A DNA stretch of 64,000 nucleotides from Octopus sinensis (Eukaryota), in contig NC_043005.1 in the NCBI RefSeq assembly GCF_006345805.1, positions 4,278,001 to 4,342,000 on the forward strand, read 5' to 3'. The notes under the pieces are model-generated. The model made no database searches. It saw only the letters and a program-made list of their open reading frames with translations, and was not told where the DNA came from. The position numbers and the translations under genes were made by a program. Positions 1-13,214 of the stretch are shown one piece after another. Each line of letters opens with the position of its first letter. Position 1 is the first letter of the stretch.

Positions 1-81
1 AGATTCAGTTGAATATGGTACTTAGGTTAAAGGCACCAGAATTTAGAATGGTATTATCCATATAATTCAAAATGGGGTGAT

Positions 82-499
82 TATAATCAAAATAAGCAAC
101 AATCATATCCAGAGGTAATGCAGTACGATCGTTTCATGCAACTCCATTTAATTGAACAATGCAAGTATTACATCAGTTTTTCAAATGTAGAGCAATCTTC
201 AGCTGCATAAAAATATAGAATTTAGTTAAATTGAAAAGATTCATTTTTACTCTTTATTCCATTTTGTTGATGAAACTTGTTTCTCTGTCTACCTGCTTAC
301 CCTCTTTGTGATGTTGGTTAATGGAATAACTATAAAAATAAATCTTTTAAATTTGACTAAATTCTATATTTTTATGCAGCTGAAGATTGCTCTACATTTT
401 AAAACTGATGTTATACTTGCATTGTTCAATTAAATGGAGTTGCATGAAATGATCGTACTGCATTACCTCTGGATATGATAGTTGCTTATTTTGATTATA
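82..499. mobile_element. Long fold-back MITE (about 180-bp arms), TA-flanked, Tc1/mariner-like
   Basis: 82-263 is nearly the reverse complement of 320-499 (tataatcaaaataagcaac...ttattccatt / aatggaataa...gttgcttattttgattata). It abuts a (TA)n tract. Confidence 0.8.
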
Positions 500-827
500 T
501 ATATATATACACACACACACACGTGTGTGTGTGTATGTATATGTGTGTCTTCACAAACCTATTCTGGTGTTATATTTTGAATCTAAGTCTTCCCTCCAGC
601 ACTATTCTCGATTTCATATTTCTCCTTTTCACCAGTGACTCTTCTAAGAGAAAATGCTGTGCTGATAGTAACAACAATGAGAAACTTTAGATTTAACTGA
701 ATGAATAAACTCTCTTGGATGCATTGCATTCTCTTTATTTTCTCCATTTATAAATTATTTATTTATCTATATGGAAAGTAATGAATGATAGGTGAAATAA
801 ATAGTTTGTTCCTTGGGGAAAGTGATG

Positions 828-1544
828 TTATTTCCCGTCGGCATGTTTATGACTTTCAAGCCATTTTCGGTCTTCCTGCTTCAGCCATATATAGAAGCTG
901 ACCTTTTCGACCGCCTCCTGTACTCTCCTTATTAGTTTTCTCAGCTCTGAGCAAGAAAAAACAAATCTTATTTTGAATAGCGTTGTCATTTTTCTTTCAA
1001 TGAAGCCCGTAGCCCCCACTGCCAGGTGATAATACTCAACATTCCATCCCTGTTCTCTGCACTCTTCGATTAGTTTTTCGTACCTCTTCTCCTTTTGTTT
1101 ATCTGCATTGTCAATGTTCTCTTCCCATGGCACTGTCAGTTCTAGCAAAATTCCTATTCTCCATTCTCTGTCCCATAGAACTAAATATGGTCTTTTTGTT
1201 GTTTTTACTAGTGGAAATACTACTTGTCTTTCCAAGTCCGTGGCCACCTCCCAGTATCCCTTCCATCTTTTGTCTATCTCGTATACTTTACTTGTAGGCC
1301 CGGTTTTATATCCTTTTCCCTCCTTGTGGAAGTATACTTTCCTGCGCTTTTCCACTTTTGGGTACTCTCCCCTATTGTACCTCTCGATCTTCTCCTTGAG
1401 TGCTGCGCTTATGACTCCAAGGACTTGATTATGCCGCCATGTATATCTTTCAAGTTCTAGTCTGCAACTTGACAGAACATGTCTAACTGTCGCTTTTTCT
1501 CTGCATCTACACTCATCCGTTGTTTTTATGTTCCACCACACCAC
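828..1544 (-). mobile_element. RLE-type non-LTR retrotransposon (HERO/NeSL-like) 3' fragment: CCHC knuckle plus restriction-like endonuclease
   Basis: The ORF contains C..C....T..HVLSSC...RYTWRHNQVL, RP(Y)LVLW...LLELTVPWEENI...KEKRYEKL...CREQGW and VGATGF. It is 5'-truncated and has no RT domain. Confidence 0.9.
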
Positions 1545-2311
1545 AACTACAGATGCTGCAGCTCAGAGGATTCAAATGAGAACAGTTAATGGACCACATG
1601 ATGTGTGTGGTGGTGGTGGTGGTGGTGGATCACATGATTTCATGGTTGTCTCAGACTTTGCTGGGTTTGAACAATCCTTCCTCGTTGTGTTAGTGAACTC
1701 TGCAACACAGGTTGCTCAACAGTGGTCCTTCATCAACCTGTTGGGGTTGTTGATAATATCTTGGACATCCTGGAAAAAATGAGGTCTGCTGAAGATGTTT
1801 GACTATAGATAATGTCTCTGTCTTGGTTATGAATGACATATCCCTACTAGAAATCTCTGGCCCTTTTCCTAAATCACAACAATATGGACCCAACCTCATT
1901 CAAAAAGCGAGTAATCCTAGTTGATGGCTAGAGCCATGAGTATAGTTTTCCTTTGCACTCCCTGTGTCAGACTGGAACCTGCAATGTTGATGTCAATACA
2001 TCTGAAGGAGAAATGGGGGGGGGGGTTTAAAATTTAGTGGTGGCTGCGTAGCAACATCAAGGTTGTCTCCCTTTTATCTCTCACTAAAGTTTTTTTACTT
2101 CACAAATAGAAGTGGTGTGGACTCGAACTGCTGTTTGAAACACCCTCCCTCCACACCCTCACACACTTGTATATATGTAAATTTGCTTCCCAACCACAAG
2201 ATTTGGGGTTCAGCCCCACTACATGACATCTTGGGCAAGTATCTTCTGTTACAGCTTCAGGCTGACTAAAGCCTTGTGAGTGGATTTGGTAGAGGAACTG
2301 AAAGAAGCCCA

Positions 2312-2351
<40 letters not shown>

Positions 2352-2364
2352 TATGTCGAGACAC

Positions 2365-2655
2365 AAATGTTTGCCAATTAAGGCTTCAGAGGTAATTTCC
2401 AGAGTGAACACCTATGAATCCCTGGGCATTACAGGAATGTGCAAACAAATCATCATCAAGAATAATGTAGAGGAGGCCAAGAAAGCCTCCAGATGGCTCT
2501 GGTTGAATAGTCATAATCAGTGGAGTCAGCAGAATTCCACTTGGACACAGGCCTAGACTTGATCAACCTCGGCTAGGTCACCTGGATGGAGGTGTATGTT
2601 GTAAGAGCTGAAACATCCAGTAACCCTAGGATACAATGCTGATGATGTGACTAAA
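2365..2655 (+). mobile_element. Second HERO-like element: extreme C-terminus and 3' UTR
   Basis: YESLGITG...IIKNNVEEAKKASRWLWL matches the HERO C-terminus. It is followed by a HERO-like 3' UTR (ggtcacctgg...gaaacatccagtaaccctagg...ctgatgatgtg). Confidence 0.7.
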
Positions 2656-2896
2656 TATTGCATCTGTAGATGTTTGTAGAACTTATATATAAATACAGTA
2701 AAGCCTCGTTATACAAGTTTATTCCTTCCTGGAGAATACCCATAAAGTGAAATCACATAAACAGAAAATAAACCTCATAAATCCAGGGTCTCGTAAAGCG
2801 GCCCCTCGTAAAATAAGGTACTACTGTACATGTATATTTGTCCCTCCCTTTTCTTTGTTCTTAGAATTTAAATCTTTTATACTCCGTTCATTTCAG

Positions 2897-2989
2897 ATCA
2901 AACTTGTAAATATTCGAGCTGATGAAATAGTTGATGGAAACCCTAAATTAACTCTAGGACTAATATGGACTATTATTCTACATTTCCAA
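2897..2989 (+). CDS. shot: Spectraplakin exon w1 (C-terminal part of CH1), phase 0-0
   Basis: tttcag|ATC...CAA|gtaagt; [31 protein letters not shown]. Confidence 0.97.
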
Positions 2990-3207
2990 GTAAGTATTTT
3001 TTTCTTTATTTACATCGTAAGACTTGAATCTCTGCAGCAAAATCTATTTTTCCCATTATATTTTGTTTCACAGCTTTCCTCCACCCAGTGTTGCCATCTC
3101 ACATATTATCGTTCTGTTATATTTTACTACTTTTCCTAAAAAGAAAATTGTCACATTAGTGTGGGTTTGCTAAGCCATCTTAGGGGAATCTCTTGTTAAT
3201 GTGAGTT

Positions 3208-3243
<36 letters not shown>

Positions 3244-5374
3244 TACTGTCACTTTCACTTATGTAACATGCTTATGTCATACTCAACAAATGACCCCAAC
3301 TTTAAACTGGAGCATTGGGTAACGAGCATTAATTATAATTATAGGTAGTGATTTAAATTCCTTGCACTATTTTCATTATATTATCCAGCAAGTTGTATTA
3401 CAGAAAACTCCTAACCATTATGTTCATTGAATGTTATTCCATTAATTCATGGGATGTACATTTGTAAATATAATGATGTGGATTAAGTATTTGAACATTC
3501 AAACTTGGGTGTGGTCAGTGTCTACACACAACCTATCTAACATTAACAGCCAGCAGAGAAGAAAATACAGCTATCAACCATACTATGTATGTATGCATGC
3601 TTACATACATACATGCACTCACTCAGCTCCTTGTTATCAGAATATACACAAGTGAGAGGGTCAGAATAGCAGCCAAATGAATCTTTCAAGTGAAGTCTCA
3701 AACAAATTTGTCGTTCAGGGATGTGCGTTGGTGCAATATGGCTGAATGGTTAAGAAGTTTGCATTGCAACCGTGAGGTCCCGAGTTCAGTTCTACTGCAT
3801 GGCATCTTGCACAAATATCATTTTCTGTAGCCTCAAGTTAACATTACATTGTGAATGACATTGGATAGATGGAAACTGTGCAGAAGCCCATCAGATGGGT
3901 TGCAGTAATCCTTTGGCTATTGCAGGTGTTATGATCCAAAACCCTCTGCGATAGGTGAAAATCTGCAAAGTAGAAACAGAACTGTACTGTATATTTTTTT
4001 TAATTATTTTTATAATTTGTCTATATTTATTTTATTATAAATGCAAAACAACACCACGGAGGAATCAAGGTAAGCTTAAATAATGAACTGCGACAGGTGA
4101 ACTGCAATATGGCAAGGGGTTATTGTATATCTTTAATTTAAAAGGTACAGCTATGTTAGACACACCCTGCACCAAACGGATTCTATCTGAGAATTACATG
4201 AAAGGTACAGGTCTGTGGAATACTCAGCCACTTGTGTTTTAATTTAGGGGCAGATAATTCAGTAGATCAAACAAGTGAATCCTCATTGTTGAGTGATGGA
4301 GAACCGTCACCCCTGTCACCATCACCACCCCATATATGGATGTGAATTTTTGTTCATTTCTTCCTTCCAAAGAGTCTCTGCTCATTCTTTCTTCTTCTCC
4401 GTCTTCCCCTCAGAGTTGTTCTTTTTGTTTTTTTGGAACATTTCTTCTGGAACTTTCTCGTGTTGTATTTTGTTATTTTGTTTTTTGTACTGTCTGACTT
4501 CATTAACTGTTAAATCACAGCAACAGATTTAGATATTGATGTTGAGCAGTTATTACTAGTGAAGCAGACATTTTAATGTCTGGGATACAGAAGATAAAAG
4601 AGGAGGAGGAAGAGGAGGAAGTTGGTGGTGGTGGAATAATGATGGGACTAATGAGAAGGTGGAGGGGAGGAGAGGGATATTATTATTATTGGGTTGTGAT
4701 GAGGATATAATATTAATCTACACTTTATTATTATTATTAATAAAAAAGAAAGGTGTGTTTGTGTATTTGGGAGTGTTACAGCTGTAAATGTGTACATAAG
4801 GATGGACACCTGTGTGTGTTTTGTTTTTAAGAATCTTCCTGATTCTCACAGCTAAATCATTTTGTCTGATGGGGGGAGGGGGGAATAAAATAGTTAGAAA
4901 TAGCATAAATAAGTACTATGCCTTTCTCTCTTATCCTTGCACTATTTTAAAATAAAATATTGTTAGTAAGTTAGTAAGCATTCACTTTACACTTACTTTT
5001 CAACCAGATGCTAAACATTATACTTTTTTTATTATGGTAGAGGAAGAAGGAAAAAAATAGACATAAATTTGTATGTGTTAAATGTGTATTTATATATATA
5101 TATATATATACACGAGCAAAACGCCCCCCCCCCATCCAATGGACAGCGCTAAGTTGTCAAACACTTAAACCAAATTTTCTCAAAACAACTTGTCCGACCG
5201 TCCCATAGGCCTCCCCTTTGAGAAACACTGATTTAACCTAAATTTGAGACACCAGCAAAAGAAGAAATAAAGATAGACTTTTTGTCTGTTCCAAATATAT
5301 ATATATATATATATATTTACCCACTGGAGGGGACACCAGACCATTGCAGGATTACTCAGATTTGCCATTTAAAT

Positions 5375-5830
5375 AGACTGGAGCAATGTGAAACGAAGTG
5401 TTTTGCTCAAGAACACAACACATCAAACCAGTCCAAGAATTGAAACCACAATCTTTTGATCATGAGTCTAACACCCCTAACCACTAAGCCACACACCTTC
5501 ACAATATATATATAGAAAGTGTGAAGGTGTGTGGCTCAGTGGTTCGGGTATTTGGTTCACAATCATAAGGTTGTGAGTTTGATTCCTGCTGGCATGTTGT
5601 GTCCCCGAGCAAAACATTGTTTCATTTTGCTTCAGTCCACTCAACTGGCAAAAATGAGTTCTACCTGCAAATTCAAAGAGTGTCGTGTTGCATCCTGTAA
5701 TGCTGAATCTCCCTGAGGTCTATCTTAAGAGTACAGATGTCTGTGGAATGCTCAACCACCAGCGTGATAATCTGGTTGACCAGATCAACAGAATTCTTGC
5801 CATTGTAACTGACAGTGTGCTCATGACAGA
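5375..5830. mobile_element. Head-to-head pair of tRNA-derived SINEs (family E)
   Basis: Minus copy ends ...ccactaagccacacaccttcac (5502); plus copy starts gtgaaggtgtgtggctcagtggtt (5521). Other copies lie at 45130-45370(+), 48540-48680(-) and 50770-50890(+). Confidence 0.75.
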
Positions 5831-7563
5831 ACTGGTTAATATTCTAAAATTATCTAAACTGAAGAAAGTACTCATAAATGGGGGTGGGGGTAATTCACAT
5901 CGAAACAGAAAAATGAGACAGAAATTGAGTCCGGTACAAATGATGTAACCATGTGGGTGTACAGAGTGACTTCTCGTGTATTTTAATTCTTTTGATACCA
6001 ACCCACCCATGACAGCCCTGGCTCTATGAAACAATTACTTGCTTTGAAGTAATACAAACCATTTAGAAACTGCCTTGTGGTTCTATCATTCATTCAGACT
6101 TTGTTTTAAAGTGATCTAAATTCCGTTGAAACTTTGTTAATTTTCATTCCAAACACCAGAAAAAAGAATGAATTATTTTACTAAATTCTAATTATTTTCA
6201 AAGTTAATTCAAACAATGGTAGAGTATTTCAACAGAAATATGATAATAAAAGGGTTAAGGGTTTCTATGAATGAAGATTTGGTAAGGGCAGTTTTGTTTC
6301 TAAGAACAAGTTGTTGATAAATATTAGTTTGGGTTGTTTGGTGTGACCCCCTTTTTTTGTATATACAGTTTCCTTAGTAAATTCTTTTACTCTGTATGTT
6401 TTAATTTCATTTAATGTAAATCTTTCATATTACATTTACTTAAATGTTATATTCAAGCAAACTGACTGAAATTGCTGCTGGTTCTTTGATACAAATTCCG
6501 GTTTTAAACTGATTTAAATTAAAACCTTCCATCAAAATTCCATTTTAATTTACATTGCAAACACCAGCTTAATAATGAGTTATTTTATTAAATTCTTCAT
6601 TAGTTCCAAATTAATTGAAACAAAGGTAGTGTTTCCCAGCAGAAATATGGTAACAAAAAGGTTAGATAAAAAAAAAAAATGTGGTGGTGGTAGTGGGGGT
6701 CCTAGATTTTGTAGATCCTTTTTGGTGTGCAGTAAGGAGTTAATTCCATTGGCTGTCCCCATGTATAAACAAATGTTAAGGAAAGATTAGGTTTGTTTAG
6801 TACAGTTGACATTTTCAGCTGACTACAGTTTGGAATGCATTCATTCTTAACCAGGCTGTTTCAGATCACAGAATTCCTCAAGAGGAAAGGGTTGGTGGCT
6901 TATTTTTAATGTAGAATGATTAGATGAGAATCCCAGCAGGGTCAACAGCAGATCTTGTAGGAGCAGCAGCTTGTTAATTTAGAATAGTCGGATATAGTGT
7001 TTTGTGTCTGTGAAGAGCTATTGCTGTAGCTGATGGAATAGAAGTGGTACATGTATAGCTGATCTGTAAACTGGGTACAAGCGAAGAGAGAGACTGCTAG
7101 ATTCATCCTCATCCTTTTAATGGCCACATTTCTATGCTTGTGTGGGTTAGATGGAATTCCTTGAGGCAGATTTCCCAATGCTATTCCTTGTCACCTGCCC
7201 TCACTTATTTCCAAGCAAGATAATATTTCTCATGGTCAGACATGTTCCTATGGAAGGCTGGAAATGAACGCCACTCATTTACAACTATTGTGTGATGCAA
7301 AGACGAAGAAATGTGCACTCACATGTGTGTGTGTGCACACGAGAACGAACACACACACACACACACACACCAGTTTCTCTCTGATTCTACCAAATCTACT
7401 TTGGTAGTTGGTTGGGGCTTTAGTAGAAGACACTTTGCCCAAGGTGCCACAGAGTGAGATTGAACCTGAAGCTGTGTGGTTGACAATCAAACTTCTTACC
7501 TCACAGAGCCACACCTGTACCTGTACTATTTAAGAATAATAAATTATTAGTGAATAATTTTTC

Positions 7564-7720
7564 ACAGGCATGGCTTGAGGTAAGAAGCTTGCTTCAAAAC
7601 CACATGGTCCTGGGTTCAGTCCTACTGCATGGCATGTTGGGCAAGTGTCTTCTACTATAGCCTCAGGCCAACCAAAGCCTTGTGAGTGGATTTGGTAGAT
7701 GGAAACTGAAAGAAGCCCGT

Positions 7721-7766
<46 letters not shown>

Positions 7767-7810
7767 CATACAACCATGCTAGCACAGAAAATGGATGTTA
7801 AACGATGATG

Positions 7811-7842
<32 letters not shown>

Positions 7843-8030
7843 TTGTCCCCACCACCATTGCTTGACAACCAATGCTGGTGTGTTTATGTCCCCGTAACAT
7901 AGCGGTTCAGCAAAAGAGACCGATAGAATAAGTACTAGGCTTATAAAGAATGAGTCCTCGGGTCGATTTGCTCAACTAAAGGCGGTGCTCCAGCATGGCC
8001 ACAGTCAAATGACTGAAACAAGTAAAAGAA
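7564..8030 (+). mobile_element. tRNA-derived SINE family A
   Basis: Same head, body and tail. Further copies lie at about 2165-2350(+), 3720-3890(+), 7290-7518(-), 21960-22150(-), 24145-24530(+), 27550-27690(-), 32300-32440(-) and 54950-55100(-). Confidence 0.8.
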
Positions 8031-8999
8031 TTACATGTTGTATCTTACGGTGATATAAGTTTGAAAAATGATTCCTGTGTAGCAACTTTCCAAAATGCTC
8101 TGCAAACTATTTTGAATCTAGGAAAGAGCCTTGGCAAGTTTTCCGTTGTAGCCATCAAGCTATTTCCAGTTACATATCTGTTATATTGTTTTATTGTCCC
8201 CCCCCCAAATGGAGGCCAGGTTCTTGTCTGTGGTAGAGTAATCCATGTTTGTGTGAGCATGTGTCTACAGACGCATAGATTAATATCGAATATTTTAGTA
8301 AACCAAGTTCAATGTGGAATGGTGTGTACAATGTAGGTAATGGAAACAGATTGGAATAAAAGAGAATTTTGGAATCATATAGCATATTGGATGACTTAGA
8401 AAGAATTGAGGAGGATGATGAGGAGGAGGGATGGGTTGTGGGGGGTGGGGGTGGCAGTGACAAAATGAAGAAAGAATTTATTTGGATCGTAGTAGTGCTC
8501 TGTAAGGCAGCGTAAAAATTTATCAAAGGAGGTAGACCTTGAAATGCTCAGAATTTCAGGGTCTGGAAGTATCCCTGGGGAGAGAATATTAGGGAGGGAT
8601 GTGGGGTGATTTTTGAAGCCCTTTCAAATCCCGGTGCCTGATTGAAGAAGCGTTAAACAGATGGTAGCAATGGAAATGGCGGTGGGATGTAGGTGAGCGT
8701 TGTGGCAACTGTAACATGAAAACAGAAAAGCTGAACTTCCATAAGATTGTTTGTTTCTACATGTTGTAGGGGGGGGGGCGATGGAAGAAAATCTTAGATC
8801 ACTTTCAACTTCTAAATATCAAGAACTGCTCTCTCTCTCTTTCTCCCTCTGTTTAAATACTCTCTCTCACACACACACACACATTGAGAGAAGGTGAAAT
8901 AACTGGTTTACCTGGCCAGAAGCCAAGCTACAAGTTAAACCAGAATGTATTGGGCTGTATGGATGGATGGACGTATGTATGTATGTTTGTATGTGCACA

Positions 9000-9040
<41 letters not shown>

Positions 9041-10465
9041 TGTCGTAGGAAGGTATCTGTATTGACAAATACACAGAAGTGTCATGAGAGTAGATTACCA
9101 AACAAAAAGTACCATGAGGACTAGGAGTTACTTAGAGAGTCGGCTGTAAAGTTTAGGGGGTAAATAATGGGCAAAACAGTTCAGGGTATGACAAAGTTGC
9201 AAGAACCTCTGCTAGAATCATTAAAATGGTAAAGTCCTTTTGACCACCGTTGAAGTGGTAGTACTGTTGGTTAAGTACCAGCTTTCATACTCGAGATGGT
9301 GCACTGAAAATAATTTTTAATTTATTAGAATTATAACTTTGATGAGAAGTTATGTTAATGAATATTATTCTCAGAGCATGCAAGGGAGAGAATTTCTGTA
9401 ATTTCAATCAGGTAAAATAGAAAAGGAAAAAATATGCAGAGTGGAGAGGTAGGAAAGTGAGCTTGATTTTTGTCACCAGTGGTGTCAATTCAGGTTATGT
9501 TTCAACCTTATTAAACCTCTTCAGTGAAGCATAATCCCCTCAGTGGCCTCCAAACTCATTGACTAATGTTCTACAAGAGCTCAACTGGCTGTTCTATATC
9601 TTATTGTCCAACTGAGAACAAGGAGGTAAAATGTTGATAAATGAATCCCAAGGATTGTCTACACCAAGTGTGAATGTGCTAAACTTGACTAGGAATTCTT
9701 TGCATGAAGATACTCACCTCATCACCACTAATTTCATCTCTTCCGGACTCCACCTCAATCAGCTTTATCTTCTCTTCCAAAATGTAACCAAGCAGCCCCT
9801 CTCTACAGCAACAAACCTGTTCTGCTCTGACCCCTTGTTTTCATACTTTAATCCTTCATCTCCTAGCATAAAGCTACCTCTGTTAGGTTTTATAGTCTTG
9901 TAAGCTGCATGGCGATCACACTAGTGCTGGTGACACGGAAAAGCCCCCAGTACATTCTGTAAAGTATTTGGCATTAGGAAGAGCATCCCGATGTGGAAAC
10001 CATGTCTGAGCAGACACCGGAGCATAATGCAGTCCTTGAACCCATAGGATCCAGTCAGACTTTCCAACTCATGCCAGCATGGAAAATGGATGCTAAATGA
10101 TGGTGATGATAATGCAGGTGTTCAACAAGGCTCAGTCCTTAGCTCCTCATCTTCATTGTAACCTTTGAAACCTTTATTAAGGACAAGGTATTTGTGACAC
10201 TGTTCTCATTACTGCTGGAATTTGAACTGAAAGACACGCAGTTACTCTAAGAAATATCCTTAACCCAATAGTCTCAAAACATAACAGTAATGTCCAAGTA
10301 AAAAGAAAAAGTTCAAGGAATTCTCAATGCAGATGTAGTTACTGGGTAGAATTAAAGCAGGTGTCTCAAGCATACTGATGAAGAATAAAAGACTGAATGT
10401 ACTAAATCCTCCTTTGATAACTAAAATCCTGATCAATCCAGTTCTGAAGTTGATAGACTGCTTGT

Positions 10466-10675
10466 TTAACCCTTTCATTACCACATTTCTGTTGAAAATT
10501 CACTGATTTTGTTTCAATAAATTTTGAAAATAATAAAGAATGTGGTAAAAACTATTGTTAGACTGATGTTTTGGAACATAAATTAAGATGAAATTTTGAT
10601 GGAAAATTTTAAAACAAGAAGTTTGTATCTTAGAACTAAGGGTGATCTTGGGTAGGTTGGTATCAAAAGGGTTAA
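10466..10675. mobile_element. piggyBac-type MITE
   Basis: TTAA|CCCTTT...AAAGGG|TTAA termini. Confidence 0.8.
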
Positions 10676-12075
10676 GTACTGTTAATTACATTTCATAATT
10701 ATCACAGCTACTGGTACTATTAATAGCAGTTCAGGGATGGATACGGAAGTTTAAAGATGTGCTTTCCCGGTTGGTTACTTAGGGATTCTTTCTCCAAATA
10801 TGTCATATTATGCCTCTTGTGTAAAATATATTATCCCGTAAGTCAGTGGAGTTTGGTAAATAAAGAGAATGGGCAACCGTAGAACAATTGGTTTTAATGA
10901 CAATAAACTTAAATTAGGTTATGGTATCATATCACCTGGTTAGACCTCATTTGTTGCAAAAACTGATTTGTTCAACAGAGTTGGTTCCACTGATATAGTT
11001 TGGTCATTCAGTTGGTTACATAAGCTGGGCTGAAGAAGTTAGTGTGTGTTGGTCATTAGTGAGCTCGTAAGGCCAAGGTTGGCCCATAGAACACTTTAAT
11101 AGTAGAAATGGTAGAAAGACAGTCTGGACTGTGATGGAACAAATAAAATGATGCTTTGTTGCAGATTTAGATATTTTTTATGGTTTTGTCAGATCTTCCA
11201 ACAGTGACAAATGTTGATATTAAGCTAATCCTCTCTTTTAACCTGATAGGAATCAAGATAATTTATATTTGAGAGTATTTCTAAGAATGTAAAATCTAAA
11301 CTCCAGACTTCACAGTTTCTCGTTTTCTTTTACATTTCCATTAATTCTTTTTCTTTGGTTTTGCATTTCTTCTTCAAATCTTTTTCTTCTTCACGCCGTT
11401 ATTTAATCCTCTTCTCTTTCGGTAAATGATACTAGCTACGCCTTATTCCCTCTTTCTCTCTCTCTATGAAAATCTTCCTCGTCTTTGTCACTTATTTATT
11501 TATAAACCTTTAACTTGGTGCAAGATTCCACCGTACTTTGATTAGTTTCCTTACCATTCCTATGTTGTTCTGCTGAAAACCAATATCTTGGAGTTGATGT
11601 GATGTGACGGGTAGTTAACGTCTAACTAATAACATCAACAACAAGTCTAGCATTTTTGTCTGTCTGTAAATTATCACCTCCTGCTTCTCTGTCTCTCTCT
11701 CCATCTCCATCTCTTTGTATGTATCACTCTACCTGTCTTTCTTTCAAGTTCTGTTTACTGCAAAAGAAAAAAAGTATATCACCTTCTTACACAACTTTCA
11801 TTGCGGATGAATTGCCAGTGGGGTCAGTAGCTGGTTGCTTGTTTGTTCCTCACCAAAATAGCCCATTCTATATTTTGTTTTCCCTCCACCTGTAGCACCA
11901 AAGTGTTGCAGGTAGTTGGTCGGGTTCTGTTCTACTACTCCTATCCAAAATTTCTTCAGACTTATATATCAACATGTTGACGTATTGTTATCTTTGAAAA
12001 GAAGTGTGTGTGAGAGAAGGGGAAAAAAAAAAAAAGAAAAGGCACTACATTGGAATTATACTTATTTATTAAAAT

Positions 12076-12135
12076 ATGGCTTTTTCAAAGGCAAAATCTT
12101 GCTTGGTTGCACAACTCCAGCTTCATGAGAAACAG
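12076..12135 (+). CDS. Candidate alternative first coding exon MAFSKAKSCLVAQLQLHEKQ
   Basis: aaaatATGG context with an in-frame TAA at -6, and a CAG|gtaggg phase-0 donor, at the end of a repeat-free island. Confidence 0.4.
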
Positions 12136-12166
12136 GTAGGGTTAATTTTTGCCTACATTACATATG

Positions 12167-12212
<46 letters not shown>

Positions 12213-13214
12213 GTTTACTGAAATGTATTTGTACTCACTATTAAAACCAGACATCTTTTACTACACAATGTTATTTAACTTGTTTTTAATCTTGTTGCGA
12301 AGAAACAATTTTCTGCGTATTTTATTTTCTCACCCTTTTAAGTATTTTAAGCATTATATATAAAAAAAAAAAAACTCTCACACATTTATAAAATGTCACA
12401 GTTTTAGGCTGTTCTTTTTTTTTTTTTTCCAGCTAATATATTTGACTTTTTATTAACCGTATTTTAAAAATTCTTTACATATGGAAGACCATTCTTATTT
12501 GAGGAATTCTCATTCTTTGATCTTTTACCTTTGTTCAAATTTATTTCTTCTAATATGAAAACTTAACTTAACCTTCTAAATGTAACTCTATTCTTCCAAC
12601 CCAACGCTATAAATCTGTGCAACTTTATTCAATGCATAATACGGCAGTAAAGTTTTTTGCAAACCATATATCTACAACTCGGTTTCAATTCCTGGCTGGA
12701 ACCCTTACGCCAAAGGGGGAGATCTGCCTTAGGCAATGCTTTTATGAGAGCCGTGCTTTTGGTGCTGTTGTATAGGCTTGTGGGCCTGGGGTGTGGGGTT
12801 GCAAACTTGTGGGTTACCCTGTGTGGTACACACTCTATCTACTTCAGTGCTTGTGCTGTTATCGCTTACAGCCCTGGGGAATAGCATGAAGGGTGACAGT
12901 TTGGCATCTTCCACACTTTGATGACCCAGACATGAAATAATTTCTTGTACAGGGTACAGTGCTACCCATTTTGTAAATGGGTGGGGACTGTCACCGACTG
13001 AATCAACGCTTTCCACCCATCACTGCCACCCACACCAGTAGGTACCTGGTGCTTGTTTTATCAATGCCAGACAAATGAAAGACAGTCAGCAAGCCTAGAT
13101 GCAGCCAGACATTCCTCTTGTCCTCTTTCTGTCACTTCAACCCACCTTTTGCTTAAATAAAGGACAGAATTCTCTGAAGATTGAGATTCAGGACTTTCTG
13201 TTTGGCTCTTGTGT

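Noticed and set aside
5521-5600. tRNA genes at SINE heads
   Set aside because: They have A/B-box-like motifs but no closable cloverleaf, and each continues into a SINE body.
6800-9900. Possible decayed LINE fragments (6800-7180, 8080-8760, 9540-9900; also 1690-1990 and 29000-29400)
   Set aside because: Only faint motif resemblance; too degenerate to classify without a database search.
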